The notes under the pieces are model-generated. The model made no database searches. It was not told where the DNA came from and saw only the letters and a program-made list of their open reading frames with translations. DNA of 63,915 nucleotides, filler included, from Thermoplasmatota archaeon (GTDB lineage Archaea > Thermoplasmatota > E2 > JACPAO01 > JAHFTW01): NCBI GenBank assembly GCA_041623215.1. It is 4 parts of 4 records of this genome, joined end to end, with 100 filler letters (N's around TTAATTAATTAA, not from the genome) between each part and the next. Parts side by side here need not be neighbours in the genome. Positions count along the whole stretch, not along the records: positions 17,904 to 35,222 come from JBFJXH010000030.1; 3 more parts are not named here. One strand, written 5' to 3'. Made by a program: the position numbers and the translations under genes. Below are positions 20,823-30,989 of the stretch, piece by piece (within the stretch, counting starts at the first letter, position 1; every line of letters begins with the position of its first letter).

Positions 20823-22349
20823 ATGCACAGATTTGCCCCACTGGGTGCCCTGGCGCTCTTGCTGACCCTGTCGTTTGCGGGCTGCTTGGGCGATGATGAC
20901 GACGGTACCGTCGTGGAACCGCCGGAACCGCTCGGGTCCCACCGCCCCATCAACAGCCCGACGGCGGCAACCTACCACGTGGCGGCTTTGGATGGCACCA
21001 CTGGCGTGTGGAAGTTCACTGGCGACCTTGGCCTTGTGCCGGTGGCCGGCGAAAGCTACCTGGGCACAACCAACTTCGAGCCGACCGTGGGTAGCGACCC
21101 GGACGGCTGCCTCTACACCACGGCATTCCGGGGTGCCGGGCTTGGCACCCGCATTTTTGCGTCGTGTGACCAAGGAGCCTCGTGGCAAGACATAGGTCCA
21201 AACCTAGCGGAATCACCTGCCGGTGAAGAGCCATGTTTCCGAAACAGCAACGACCCGTACGTTCACGTGGACCGCGACACGGGCCGAGTGTTCTCGAGTG
21301 ACCTGCACGCTCTGCTTACGAGCACCCTACACTACACCGATGACAAGGGCGAAACGTGGACCTGCAACCCGATGGGTGGCGGTGTTCCTCCCGGCGTCCA
21401 TGACCACCAAACCATTGCCACAGGTGTGCCCCGCGTGTCGGCCACGACCCTGTACCCCAACATGGTGTACTACTGCATCAACCGCGTCGGTGACTCATCG
21501 TGCGCAGCCAGCATCAATGGAGGCCTAGGTTTTGGGCCCATGGTCACCGTCTTTCCCGGCGCTGAGCCGCCCGGCGAGAACGGCCCCGGCGGCTTTTGCG
21601 GCGGCCTGCATGGCCACGTGGAAACCGACCATGAGGGCCGACTGTTCATGCCGAAGGCGCAATGCGGTAACATTGAGGTCGCCATGTCCGAAGATGACGG
21701 GTTGACCTGGACGCGCAGCATTGTCAGTGCTGATTTGGGCATCGCTCAGGGCAGCCACGAGGTGCGCGTTGCTAGCGACCTGGAGAACAACATCTTCGTT
21801 ATTTGGAACGCCGCCAACGGACTTCCCTATGTGGCCATGAGCATTGACCACGGAGCGACGTGGAGCGAGCCCCGCATGGTGGCGCCCCCTGACGTCACCT
21901 ACACGGGCCGGCCCGCCATTTACGCCGGCGCTGCCGGCAACGTGGTGTGGGCGTACGTCGGCATTACGGATTCAGCCGGAGCAGACGTGGACAATGACGA
22001 GATTCGCCTGCACGCCTACATGGGCGCCATGTGGAATGCGACGCTGGACAATGACTGGGTGATTACCACGGTTACAACGCACGACCCCCGGGACCCCATT
22101 GACGTGGGACGGCCGTGCTGGACGGTCCGCTGCGGCGGCATCGGCGACTTCATCGATGTCACCATTACACCTGATGGTCGCCCCTGGGCCGCCTTCGCGG
22201 ACATGTGCGACGACGATTGTGCGCGCGACCCGGATGGCGGCAACTCGGGCGGAACGCGGGCGTACATTGGCACCTTCAAGCAAGGGCCTAGCTTGCTCGA
22301 TGGTCAAGCGCTGCCGGTCCTTGGTTCGCTGGCCACGGGTGACGCGTGA
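20823..22349 (+). CDS. Lipoprotein with Asp-box (BNR/sialidase-like) beta-propeller
   Basis: Lipobox FAGC; Asp-boxes SCDQGASW, TDDKGETW, SEDDGLTW, SIDHGATW. Confidence 0.8.
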   Translation: MHRFAPLGALALLLTLSFAGCLGDDDDGTVVEPPEPLGSHRPINSPTAATYHVAALDGTTGVWKFTGDLGLVPVAGESYLGTTNFEPTVGSDPDGCLYTTAFRGAGLGTRIFASCDQGASWQDIGPNLAESPAGEEPCFRNSNDPYVHVDRDTGRVFSSDLHALLTSTLHYTDDKGETWTCNPMGGGVPPGVHDHQTIATGVPRVSATTLYPNMVYYCINRVGDSSCAASINGGLGFGPMVTVFPGAEPPGENGPGGFCGGLHGHVETDHEGRLFMPKAQCGNIEVAMSEDDGLTWTRSIVSADLGIAQGSHEVRVASDLENNIFVIWNAANGLPYVAMSIDHGATWSEPRMVAPPDVTYTGRPAIYAGAAGNVVWAYVGITDSAGADVDNDEIRLHAYMGAMWNATLDNDWVITTVTTHDPRDPIDVGRPCWTVRCGGIGDFIDVTITPDGRPWAAFADMCDDDCARDPDGGNSGGTRAYIGTFKQGPSLLDGQALPVLGSLATGDA

Positions 22350-23338
22350 CGCGTGTTAGCCACGCCGCCGTGGCGCTCCTGCTGAGCTTGTCCCTGGCCG
22401 GGTGCCTGGGAGGCTCCGACGAGGATTCTGGCGCTCCCGACGACGATGTGATGCCGGGCCAGCACCGGTCTCACGTTGCTTTTCTAACCGGCGACATGAC
22501 GCTGGCCGACGACAGCCCCGCCCCTGACGCAGTGCCCGTTGGCTGGTCCTGGCAGGATTGGTCCAACGGCCGCTTGGCGCCCGCGTGGCGCACGGAGGCC
22601 TTCCCGGCCGACGCCGTCCTTACGATGGTTGAAGCGGAAATCACCTATCGGGCTGAGTCCGCCGTGGCCATGGTCGCTCCGGACAATCGGCCGCGCTTCA
22701 CGGTGTGGTTTGGCGCGGGTGGTGAGGACGAAGTGGTGGCCATCGTGGACCACGGCTTCGAGGATGCGCCGCCCGTCATGGCGGCTGGCCAAGAAAGCAC
22801 CGTGGTTTTCCCGTTGGCGCTACCCGTTGGAGGTCTCGCCATTGACGCCGGACAGCAACTCGTGTTGCGGGTGGCGACCTATTTCCCGGACCACCAAGGC
22901 GCACCAACCATGTCGGTTGTGGTGGGTCCGTCACAGCTGCGGTGGGACGAAGCTGGCGCCCGACATCCTGATGGCGATTCAGCCGAGGCAACTGACTTTT
23001 CCGGCAGTTTGGCCGGGGGGCGCTGTGTAGCGCCGGCCAACCCTGGCGACTCCGCCCACGACCGTCATACGTTTCTTGTGCCCGCGGACGCCGTTGCGGT
23101 GGATGTTGTGCTGCACCGAGCGGACGGCGCCGGAGTGGGGCCCGATTTGGACATGTTCCTCCAGGATGCAGACGGCGAACTGGTAACGTATGCAGCCGGC
23201 AGCGCCAGCCCCGAGCGCATTCAGCTTCGAGGCACCAATTTGCAGGCGACGGCTCTTGGCGAATGGACGCTGAACGTCTACAACTGCCAGCCGCAAACAA
23301 GCCGCTACGAAGTTTCGGTGGCCATCAGCCACCAGTAG
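22346..23338 (+). CDS. Lipoprotein with C-terminal PPC-like domain
   Basis: Lipobox LAGC; DLDMFLQDADG...GEWTLNV typical of pre-peptidase C-terminal-like folds. Confidence 0.65.
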   Translation: MTRVSHAAVALLLSLSLAGCLGGSDEDSGAPDDDVMPGQHRSHVAFLTGDMTLADDSPAPDAVPVGWSWQDWSNGRLAPAWRTEAFPADAVLTMVEAEITYRAESAVAMVAPDNRPRFTVWFGAGGEDEVVAIVDHGFEDAPPVMAAGQESTVVFPLALPVGGLAIDAGQQLVLRVATYFPDHQGAPTMSVVVGPSQLRWDEAGARHPDGDSAEATDFSGSLAGGRCVAPANPGDSAHDRHTFLVPADAVAVDVVLHRADGAGVGPDLDMFLQDADGELVTYAAGSASPERIQLRGTNLQATALGEWTLNVYNCQPQTSRYEVSVAISHQ

Positions 23339-23390
23339 ATTCACTGACGTCCGCGACAACGCCATTGCCAGGGCGGGCGCAATATAGGCC

Positions 23391-24197
23391 ATGCAGACAT
23401 GGGCCGGCCTTTCCGGCTTTGCCAGCCCCCACCTGCAAAGGCACCTCTACCAAGGACGGCCGGCTACACTCGAAACGTACGGGGACCACTTCAATCTCTA
23501 CGAAATGACGCCCTCCGGCGACGCCGCTTGGACGGCAGCCCACACGGAAGCGGTTCTGGACCAAGCACCAAGCCACGTCCGCTTGTTGCCGCGCCTTTCC
23601 GGGGCGGCGGCCCCTGAGACTCGCCGCGTTGACCTAGATGCAGCAGCCAACTGGCTGGATGCCCTTCGACCTCTCTTGGCAACCGCCCGTGCGGGCCCGA
23701 TTCTCGTGCCATGGGACGGGCCGTGGAGTGCCGAGCGGGAGGCAGACCTCGAAACGCTGCTGAATTGGGCATGGCCCCGCCTGGCGGCTGGCCAGCGTGT
23801 GGCAGTTGAACTTCGCCATGCTAGCTGGTTCAATGGTAGGGTGATGCGCCTGCTGGAGGAACACGGTGTCGGTCTCGTCTGGAGCCTTCGTGCCGGCCTT
23901 GCGCCCTATCGAAGAACCAGCGATTTTCTCTACGTCCGCCTCACGGGCCATAACCGTCGCGGCGACGAGGTCGCACGCCTGCTTCGCCACGTCAACGCCC
24001 ACGACGACTTGCCGCTGTATGTGGTGAGCACACATCACCACGAACCGTACGGACTCACGAGCTTGCGCCGCTTCCTAGAGGGCTTATCCCCGGCGCGCAG
24101 CGGCACTGCCTCACAACACATGATGCCGCAAGCTCAGCCGGTTGCAGGTCGCCAAGGCAGCAATCGGCCACCGCCCCTTACGGAGCCTCTCTGGTAG
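23391..24197 (+). CDS. DUF72-like TIM-barrel protein (divergent)
   Basis: WAGLSGF N-terminus, AVELRHASWF, DFLYVRLTG. Confidence 0.65.
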   Translation: MQTWAGLSGFASPHLQRHLYQGRPATLETYGDHFNLYEMTPSGDAAWTAAHTEAVLDQAPSHVRLLPRLSGAAAPETRRVDLDAAANWLDALRPLLATARAGPILVPWDGPWSAEREADLETLLNWAWPRLAAGQRVAVELRHASWFNGRVMRLLEEHGVGLVWSLRAGLAPYRRTSDFLYVRLTGHNRRGDEVARLLRHVNAHDDLPLYVVSTHHHEPYGLTSLRRFLEGLSPARSGTASQHMMPQAQPVAGRQGSNRPPPLTEPLW

Positions 24198-24894
24198 CTT
24201 GCAGGCGGCGGGCAATGCCCTCGGCCATGGGGCCCCGCCAAACGGACGCGGCAACGGTATCGTAGGGCGTTGGATCTCGGTTGACAATGTGGACTGGGAT
24301 TCCATCCTGCAAGGCTAAGTCCACCAGTCCGGCCACGGGGAATACTTGGAGGCTGGTGCCAGCTACTAGCAACTCCGAAGCCTGGCTTACCGCTGCTTGG
24401 GCCGCCGGTAGCAGGTGCACAGGTTCGCCAAACAGCACCACGTCTGGCTTCAGGACACCGCCGCAACGACATCGCGGGGCGTGCCTCGTCAAGGCGGGCA
24501 GGACCTGCTTCACGGGTACCCGTGAAAAGCACTTCATACACACACAGCGGGAACCATTACCGTGCACCTCGAGCAGGCGGTCGGCCGGCGTACCGGCCTT
24601 GGCGTGGAGGCCATCAACGTTTTGCGTTACGAGCATCGCCAGGACCCCGTCTTGGGCGGCCTGGGCCAGGAGCCTATGCGCCTCGTTCGGCTCGGCATCC
24701 AAGTAATCCATGGCCGCAATGAGTTGAGCCCGGTCCTGCCAGAATCCGTCCGGGTCCGCCTGGAACCTCGAAATATGAAACGCACCAGCGTCGAACCGCT
24801 CCCAAACACCTCCGGGGCTGCGAAAGTCGGGAATACCGCTCTCGGTGCTCAGTCCGGCTCCCGTGAGGACAACCAGCCGCCCAACTCGAGTCAT
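24178..24894 (-). CDS. cobB: Sir2-family NAD-dependent deacylase
   Basis: TGAGLSTESGIPDFR, TQNVDGLH, HGN, CxxC...CxC, KPDVVLFGE, GTSL. Confidence 0.92.
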   Translation of the reverse strand: MTRVGRLVVLTGAGLSTESGIPDFRSPGGVWERFDAGAFHISRFQADPDGFWQDRAQLIAAMDYLDAEPNEAHRLLAQAAQDGVLAMLVTQNVDGLHAKAGTPADRLLEVHGNGSRCVCMKCFSRVPVKQVLPALTRHAPRCRCGGVLKPDVVLFGEPVHLLPAAQAAVSQASELLVAGTSLQVFPVAGLVDLALQDGIPVHIVNRDPTPYDTVAASVWRGPMAEGIARRLQATREAP

Positions 24895-25739
24895 GCCGCG
24901 GGGGCCGCCGGGACTCGCCCTAGCGCTTGCCAAACGGCGTCCCGGAAGGCCGGCTCGTCACGAAACTGCAGATGGGTCGCGTTGGGAAGAACGACGTACT
25001 TCGTGCGGGCGCTGGGTGCCGCTTCGGCCACGCGCCGGCTCAGCGCTTCAGCCGTTATTTCGTCCGCCTTGGAGGCCGCTACCAGAATGCGCTTTGCCTG
25101 GGCATCGGGCATGCGGGCGTCGGCGCGAATCATCGCGTCAGTGGATGGGAAGATGCGGCCAAAGGACGCCATCGCGGCGCGGCCGGCGCGTCCCATTTGC
25201 CCGTCGGCATCCGCGTACCAGGAACCAAAGTCGGGGTAGGGGGATTCCAGAATCAGGCTATCCACGTTGAGCCATGGGCTTGCCACCGCCGCGGCGTACG
25301 CGCCAAGACTAACGCCGAATACGTGCAGTGGCGTGCTTGGCGCTCTCTGGCGTGCCTGTTCAGTTGCCAGGATAACCTCCTGGTAGAGGTAGGTAGACCC
25401 GCCTCGACTGCCTCCGTATTGCGTGAAATCGAATGTCAACACGTTGAAGCCGGCCGCCAACAAATCGTCCACCCAACCGGCCTTAATCCACCAATGCTGG
25501 GCGTAGCGTTTGTCCGGGTGGCAAAGCACGACGGTGCCTGTTGCTGCTTCCGGGCCTTGGGGCGCCGGAAACCAGCGACCGGGGAGGCTGGCGCCATTGT
25601 TTCCGGCGAATCGGAATGCCTCATGCACCAAGTGATCTGGCACGGGCCAGTCGCGAGCTCGGCGGCGGCGGAACATGGTGGCTCGGACGAAGGGGCCAAC
25701 GATGCGTTGCTCCCATTTCGGAATCAGATCCTCATGCAT
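24891..25739 (-). CDS. Alpha/beta hydrolase
   Basis: FNVLTFDF...GGSRG, GVSLG nucleophile elbow, ESPY, distal D and H. Confidence 0.8.
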   Translation of the reverse strand: MHEDLIPKWEQRIVGPFVRATMFRRRRARDWPVPDHLVHEAFRFAGNNGASLPGRWFPAPQGPEAATGTVVLCHPDKRYAQHWWIKAGWVDDLLAAGFNVLTFDFTQYGGSRGGSTYLYQEVILATEQARQRAPSTPLHVFGVSLGAYAAAVASPWLNVDSLILESPYPDFGSWYADADGQMGRAGRAAMASFGRIFPSTDAMIRADARMPDAQAKRILVAASKADEITAEALSRRVAEAAPSARTKYVVLPNATHLQFRDEPAFRDAVWQALGRVPAAPAA

Positions 25740-25807
25740 CTAGCTTCCCTCAGGAAAGTCCATATCCAAAATCATGTATAAGGGCTCGTGGCCGAGGAGG
25801 ATAGCCA

Positions 25808-26299
25808 ATGGATGCTGTGACAGCCACTGTCCTACGAGAAAGTGGTATCGAGGATTGTCCCATCTTAGATGCCGCAACAGACGCAGCCTTCCGGAAACAA
25901 TTGCGCGGTGCGAGCGACTTTAGTATCCAAATTCGGGACTGGATGAACCACCACACCGAGCAAGAACAGGCGGCGTGGCTCAAGCGCGGCCTTGCGTCCG
26001 CGCACGACCTGTTCCAACCTTGGACGATGGAAATTCTTTACGCCATCGCCGTCTTGGAAACAGCGCGCTTCGGTCAACTGGAAGCCCTTCTGGGCATCGG
26101 CTCCAAGACGCTCACCGCGCGCCTGCGACTGCTGCAACAGCGAGGCCTCGTGCATCGCGTCGTTCATGATGAAATGCCTGTGCGAATCACCTACGAGCTT
26201 GCCAAGGAGGGGCGGGCGGTGGCAGCGCTGGCGGCGCCGCTGTTCACCCAGTTGAACATGTGGCGACTCGGGGCCGAGTCCCGGAGCGCGCGCGCCTGA
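25808..26299 (+). CDS. HxlR-family winged-helix regulator
   Basis: WTMEIL, RFGQL, GIGSKTLTARLRLL, PVRITYEL; GGAGG ribosome-binding site upstream. Confidence 0.85.
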   Translation: MDAVTATVLRESGIEDCPILDAATDAAFRKQLRGASDFSIQIRDWMNHHTEQEQAAWLKRGLASAHDLFQPWTMEILYAIAVLETARFGQLEALLGIGSKTLTARLRLLQQRGLVHRVVHDEMPVRITYELAKEGRAVAALAAPLFTQLNMWRLGAESRSARA

Positions 26300-26350
26300 C
26301 GGCCGCCATGCGGCTTATGCGTCGAAGGCGTGGGCGGGTGCGGTAGTCGG

Positions 26351-27547
26351 TCAAAGTTGTCGAACGTACTGGACGCGGCCCACATCGCCTGTCGCCGGTC
26401 TGCTGGCGACGACGGCATGGATGCGGCCCGAACCATCGTGCGTCAGTTCGGCGAACTCCGTTGTCGCCGCGGGAAAGAGCGCGGTGGGGCCCTGCAACGG
26501 CCCATCATGGTCCACGTGGATACGGGCAACGGCAAGATGATTTCCCGAACCCCCTGATCGGCCGCCTGTTGTGCCGTTTTCCCAGTAAACATCCAACGCT
26601 TCGCCCGGCGCACCGGATGCCCAAGGCCGTGGCCACCCAAGGCTGTCGGACAGTAGGCGCGGCTCCGTCCAGTCACCGCCATCGCGCCGGGCCATCCACA
26701 TCAAGCCATCCGTGTCAGCATGCGGGTGGACCCAGTACAGGACGTCGCCGCTGCGCTGCACGCCGACCGGATTGTGATAGCCCATCTTGATGGCGTCAAG
26801 CGCTTCCAGCGTCCACACCTGGCCGTCGTCCGATGACGCAAGATAGGGGGTGCCAGCAAGCCCCCCGCGCTGAGCAACAACCGGAACGCTCACGGTTTGG
26901 CCCGGTCCGAAAATGAACTGCCCCGCTCGAAAACTGGGCTCATCGGCCGAGACCTCGGCGATGGCGACGGCGTCTGACCAAGTGGACCCATGGTCATCCG
27001 AAAACGTGACGCCGACGCCCATGGGGCCATAGTACGTGGGAATCCACGAAAGCCACAGCCGCTCGCCATGGTAAGCCAGCCACGGCCGGTCGGTCCACGC
27101 GGCCCCACCCGGTGCCCGCGTGACCGTCCAGGACGCACCTTGGTCTTGCGTGGTGCTAACGGTCAAGGTCGCGATTCCCGTATGGACGAAGGCCCAGGTC
27201 GAACCATCGGCGGTGATGGCGACTTCGCAATCGCCGCTTACGCCCATATCGACGGTTGGTTCCAAGGTGGTCCAGGTATCTCCGCCGTCGGTGGACGCAT
27301 ACATCCACGCCGGCCGCTGGAAGAGCCCATGGGCGCAGGACAACAGCGTCTGGCCGTCCTCGGAGGCAGCGATGAACGCCTCAATTTGGTTGTTAGTGAA
27401 TTCGCCAATGACCGTAGGTTCGGTGAAGCTCCAGGGCAACTCGCTCGGGATGTCGGTCGCCTCGTCCGCCGCCTCGTCGGGTGCCGGCGTCACGCAGCCC
27501 GCAAGGATGAGGGCGGCAACCACGACCATCGACAAATGGGAATGCAC
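26351..27547 (-). CDS. Lipoprotein with Asp-box beta-propeller
   Basis: LAGC lipobox; STDGGDTW, TQDQGASW, DRPW, SDDHGSTW, SSDDGQVW; start uncertain. Confidence 0.75.
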   Translation of the reverse strand: MHSHLSMVVVAALILAGCVTPAPDEAADEATDIPSELPWSFTEPTVIGEFTNNQIEAFIAASEDGQTLLSCAHGLFQRPAWMYASTDGGDTWTTLEPTVDMGVSGDCEVAITADGSTWAFVHTGIATLTVSTTQDQGASWTVTRAPGGAAWTDRPWLAYHGERLWLSWIPTYYGPMGVGVTFSDDHGSTWSDAVAIAEVSADEPSFRAGQFIFGPGQTVSVPVVAQRGGLAGTPYLASSDDGQVWTLEALDAIKMGYHNPVGVQRSGDVLYWVHPHADTDGLMWMARRDGGDWTEPRLLSDSLGWPRPWASGAPGEALDVYWENGTTGGRSGGSGNHLAVARIHVDHDGPLQGPTALFPAATTEFAELTHDGSGRIHAVVASRPATGDVGRVQYVRQL

Positions 27548-27654
27548 AGGGGCGAATGTCCGTTGCGCGCCTTGGATGTTTTGCGCCGTCCAGGTCGCCC
27601 AAGCTGCGTCCAAGCGTGCCGCGGTCTGCCTACTGGGCCGCGCGCCTCCTCTAA

Positions 27655-28587
27655 CTAGATGAGTTGGAATGGCTTCCCAGTCAACTTCTCGAAGGCTTCC
27701 TTGTAACGAGCGGCGGTGCCGGCAACAAGGTCGTCGGGAAGCCGGGGCCCGGGAGCGGTCTTGTCCCAGTCTTGCGTTTCCAACCAGTCGCGGACGTATT
27801 GCTTGTCGAAGCTTGGTTGGCCTTGGCCAACCTTGTATTCGTCAGCGGGCCAGAAGCGGCTGCTGTCCGGAGTGAGCACTTCGTCCATGAGGACGATGGT
27901 GCCATCGGCGCGGCGACCAAATTCGAACTTGGTGTCAGCCAGGATGATGCCCCGCTTGGCGGCGTAGTCGCGGGCCAATTTGTAGATCTTCAGGCTGGTG
28001 TCCCGGAGCCACTCGGCAGTTTCCTGACCAACGATGTCAACCGTTACGTCAAAGCTGACGTTTTCGTCGTGGTCGCCGATGGCGGCCTTGGTGCTGGGGG
28101 TGTACAGGGGCTCGGGGAACATCTCTGATTCCTGCATACCTTCGGGGATGGGGATGCCACAAATCTCACCGGTGCGGTTGTAGTCCTTCCAGCCGCTGCC
28201 CGTAATGTAGCCGCGCACGATGCATTCAACCTCAAGCGGTTCGAGCTTTTCGACCAGCACGGCGTGGCCTTCCAGGACCTCCTTGTGTGCGTGCAGTTCT
28301 TCGGGCATGTCTTCGACGCGCCTGGCGACGATGTGGTGGTCGATGCCTTCCTTCTCCAGGAGGTCAAACCAGAAGTTGCTAATCTGTGTCAAGCAGGTCC
28401 CCTTGTCGGGAATGCCGGGCTCCAGAATGACATCGAAGGCGCTGATGCGGTCGGTAGCCACCATCAGGAGATGGTCGTCGCCGACGTGGTACACTTCGCG
28501 GACCTTGCCTTTGCGGAACACGGGCAGGGGTAGGTCGGTCGATGTTACGAGCGGCGTCAGTTGACCCGGTGCCAGTTCTGGGCTCAT
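27655..28587 (-). CDS. purC: SAICAR synthase
   Basis: GKVREVY, TDRISAFD, ECIVRGY, ADTKFEFG, DEVLTPDSSRFW, FDKQYVR. Confidence 0.96.
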   Translation of the reverse strand: MSPELAPGQLTPLVTSTDLPLPVFRKGKVREVYHVGDDHLLMVATDRISAFDVILEPGIPDKGTCLTQISNFWFDLLEKEGIDHHIVARRVEDMPEELHAHKEVLEGHAVLVEKLEPLEVECIVRGYITGSGWKDYNRTGEICGIPIPEGMQESEMFPEPLYTPSTKAAIGDHDENVSFDVTVDIVGQETAEWLRDTSLKIYKLARDYAAKRGIILADTKFEFGRRADGTIVLMDEVLTPDSSRFWPADEYKVGQGQPSFDKQYVRDWLETQDWDKTAPGPRLPDDLVAGTAARYKEAFEKLTGKPFQLI

Positions 28588-28773
28588 GGGCGCGCCGATT
28601 CTGCCGGTGTTGAAAAGTCGGTTGGCGTCAGCGGGCCAGGCTAAGTCGCGTGGAAGGGGTCGGGGTCGAGAGCCGTCCGGCCTGGGGCTAGCGACGCTGA
28701 CCGTCAAATGGTATCATGTTAAGAGGCCGGGGAGGAAGACACCGCGTGCCTTTCGGGGCAAGGAGTAACAAGC

Positions 28774-29256
28774 ATGAGTCATGGCACCCACGTGATGGAT
28801 TTGATTGCAGCCGACGCGACGGGCTGGATTGAGATTGGCGTCGGCTTTGCAGCGTACTTCGTCTTGTCGTTCCTGTGGTGGGGGCCTCTGATGGGTGGCA
28901 AGTGGGGCAAGGAAATGGGCATCAACATGGATGAGAAACCGGACAGTGCCACCTTTGCCAAAGCCATGGGCTTGCAGGTGCTGAGCACGTTCCTGATTGC
29001 CTATGTCTTGTGGCATACCATGATGGCGTTCACCATGGATACCGGGACCGCGAGCCCCGGCAATACGCCAGGCTACATTGACATGGATGTGGGCACGGCG
29101 ATGGTTGGCGTCTTCTTCACGTGGATTGGTTTCTTTGTGCCCATGCAGCTAGGTCGCGTGGCATGGGAAAAGGCGAGTTGGACGCTGTTTGGCATCAATT
29201 CGGCAGGTCACTTCATCGGCTTGGCCGGCATGGGCTTGGCCTTCGCCATCCTGTAG
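28774..29256 (+). CDS. DUF1761-like small membrane protein
   Basis: FLWWGPLMGGKW motif, 4 TM helices, WTLFGINSAGH. Confidence 0.65.
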   Translation: MSHGTHVMDLIAADATGWIEIGVGFAAYFVLSFLWWGPLMGGKWGKEMGINMDEKPDSATFAKAMGLQVLSTFLIAYVLWHTMMAFTMDTGTASPGNTPGYIDMDVGTAMVGVFFTWIGFFVPMQLGRVAWEKASWTLFGINSAGHFIGLAGMGLAFAIL

Positions 29257-29389
29257 CGCCGCTCGGTGCGTTCCCTCCTCCTGATTCTTCCCCGTCGTGC
29301 CCGTCGGGCGGCATTTTGCTGCCAGACCAAGCGGCCCGGCCCGTCCGGGGCACCCTGCCCTTTTTGACCCTCGCCGTTGTGGCACCACC

Positions 29390-30910
29390 GTGGCCCCCCC
29401 GACGGCCCCCGACTCCGCCCGCGACGACGCCCTGCCGGACGGGGCACCGTCGGACCCGTTGGATGATGGCAAACCCTCCGACCACTGCGGCATCGTTGGC
29501 ATCGCCGCCAACAAGTCGGTGGCGCCTTACATCTACTATGCCTTGCAAGCGTTGCAGCATCGCGGCCAAGAGTCTGCGGGCATCGTGACGCTGGATGGCA
29601 AGTTCGAATTTCGAAGCCACAAGGCCATGGGTCTCGTGGACAGCGTCTTTGACCCGGAGGCGATTGAACGCCTGCGCGGTCACCAAGGCATTGGCCACGT
29701 TCGCTATTCGACGAGCGCCGGCAGCACCGAGGACGCAGCGCAGCCACAATTGGTCATGGGGGCCGCCGGCGGCATCGCCCTGGCGCACAACGGCAACATC
29801 CCCAACACGGACCACCTGCGAGACGAGCTGGCAGCCAAGGGCTGGGCGTTCTACACCGGCAACGACACAGAAGTGGTCGTTCGCCTGCTAGCAAACAAGA
29901 TTACCAAGCACGGCGGCGACGTTCCCGCCGCCCTCAAGGAGGTCATGACGGCGCTGGAAGGCGCGTACTGCTTCACCATCATGGTGGGAGACACGCTCTA
30001 CGCCGTACGCGACCCCTGGGGCATCAAGCCTCTTTGCGCCGGCCGCATGGCGGATGACTCGGGTTACGTGGTGGCCAGTGAATCCGTGGCGTTGGATGTC
30101 ATCGGCGCTCATTGGATGCGCGACATTGCTCCTGGCGAAGTGGTCACCGTGACGCGAACCGGCATCAAGACGCTGTTCACGGTGCCGGCCCAAAAGCCGG
30201 CGCGGTGCTTCTTCGAGTACGTGTATTTTGCCAGGCCTGACGCCTGGATGGATGGGCGACTGAACCAAGAGGTCCGCGAACAAATTGGGCGCAACCTGTC
30301 GAAGGAAGCGGGCGTCGAGGCGGACCTAGTGGTCCCCGTGCCTGATTCTGGGCGCAGTCATGCCCAGGGTTATGCGGCCGAGTCTGGCATCCCGTACATG
30401 GAGGCGCTCATGAAGAACCGCTACGTGCACCGGACTTTCATCATGCCGACGCAGGAAAGTCGCGAATTGAATGTCCGACTCAAGCTCAATCCCATGCGGC
30501 GCGTTCTGGAGGGCAAGCGCGTCGTTCTCATTGATGATTCCATTGTTCGGGGGACCACCATGCAGCGCATCGTCCGCATGCTGCGCGATGCCGGTGCCGC
30601 CGAGGTGCACATTCGCATCGGCTGCCCCCCCATCGTGGCACCGTGCTATTTGGGCATCGACATGAGTACGCGTGACCAACTGATTGCCGCCAACAACTCC
30701 GTCGAGGAGATTTGCGAGCACGTTGGGGCGGATTCGTTGGCGTACATTTCCAAGAAGGGTATGGTGGCTGCGCTTGGCTTCCCCGAGGATGAATTATGCA
30801 CGGGCTGCATTACGGGTCAGTACCCGGTCCATGTGCATGGCGAAGATTGTCGGCCAGGCACGCCGCAGCAATTGACATTGGAAGTGGCGCCGCCCGAACC
30901 AAGCACGTAG
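29390..30910 (+). CDS. purF: Amidophosphoribosyltransferase
   Basis: HCGIVG, LQHRGQESAG, GHVRYST, CFFEYVYFARPD, DDSIVRGTT, Fe-S cysteines; start uncertain. Confidence 0.96.
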   Translation: MAPPTAPDSARDDALPDGAPSDPLDDGKPSDHCGIVGIAANKSVAPYIYYALQALQHRGQESAGIVTLDGKFEFRSHKAMGLVDSVFDPEAIERLRGHQGIGHVRYSTSAGSTEDAAQPQLVMGAAGGIALAHNGNIPNTDHLRDELAAKGWAFYTGNDTEVVVRLLANKITKHGGDVPAALKEVMTALEGAYCFTIMVGDTLYAVRDPWGIKPLCAGRMADDSGYVVASESVALDVIGAHWMRDIAPGEVVTVTRTGIKTLFTVPAQKPARCFFEYVYFARPDAWMDGRLNQEVREQIGRNLSKEAGVEADLVVPVPDSGRSHAQGYAAESGIPYMEALMKNRYVHRTFIMPTQESRELNVRLKLNPMRRVLEGKRVVLIDDSIVRGTTMQRIVRMLRDAGAAEVHIRIGCPPIVAPCYLGIDMSTRDQLIAANNSVEEICEHVGADSLAYISKKGMVAALGFPEDELCTGCITGQYPVHVHGEDCRPGTPQQLTLEVAPPEPST

Positions 30911-30989
30911 CGGCAATCTTGCCGACCGCCATGAGGCGGTGCCTTCGTGCCACCGACACGACCAAACGGCGACTCCCCTGTTCGCCGCC

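Noticed and set aside
25752..25761. AGGAAAGTCC resembling RNase P RNA conserved region I
   Set aside because: Lies in a 68-bp spacer between two clear CDSs; no room or 3' conserved region
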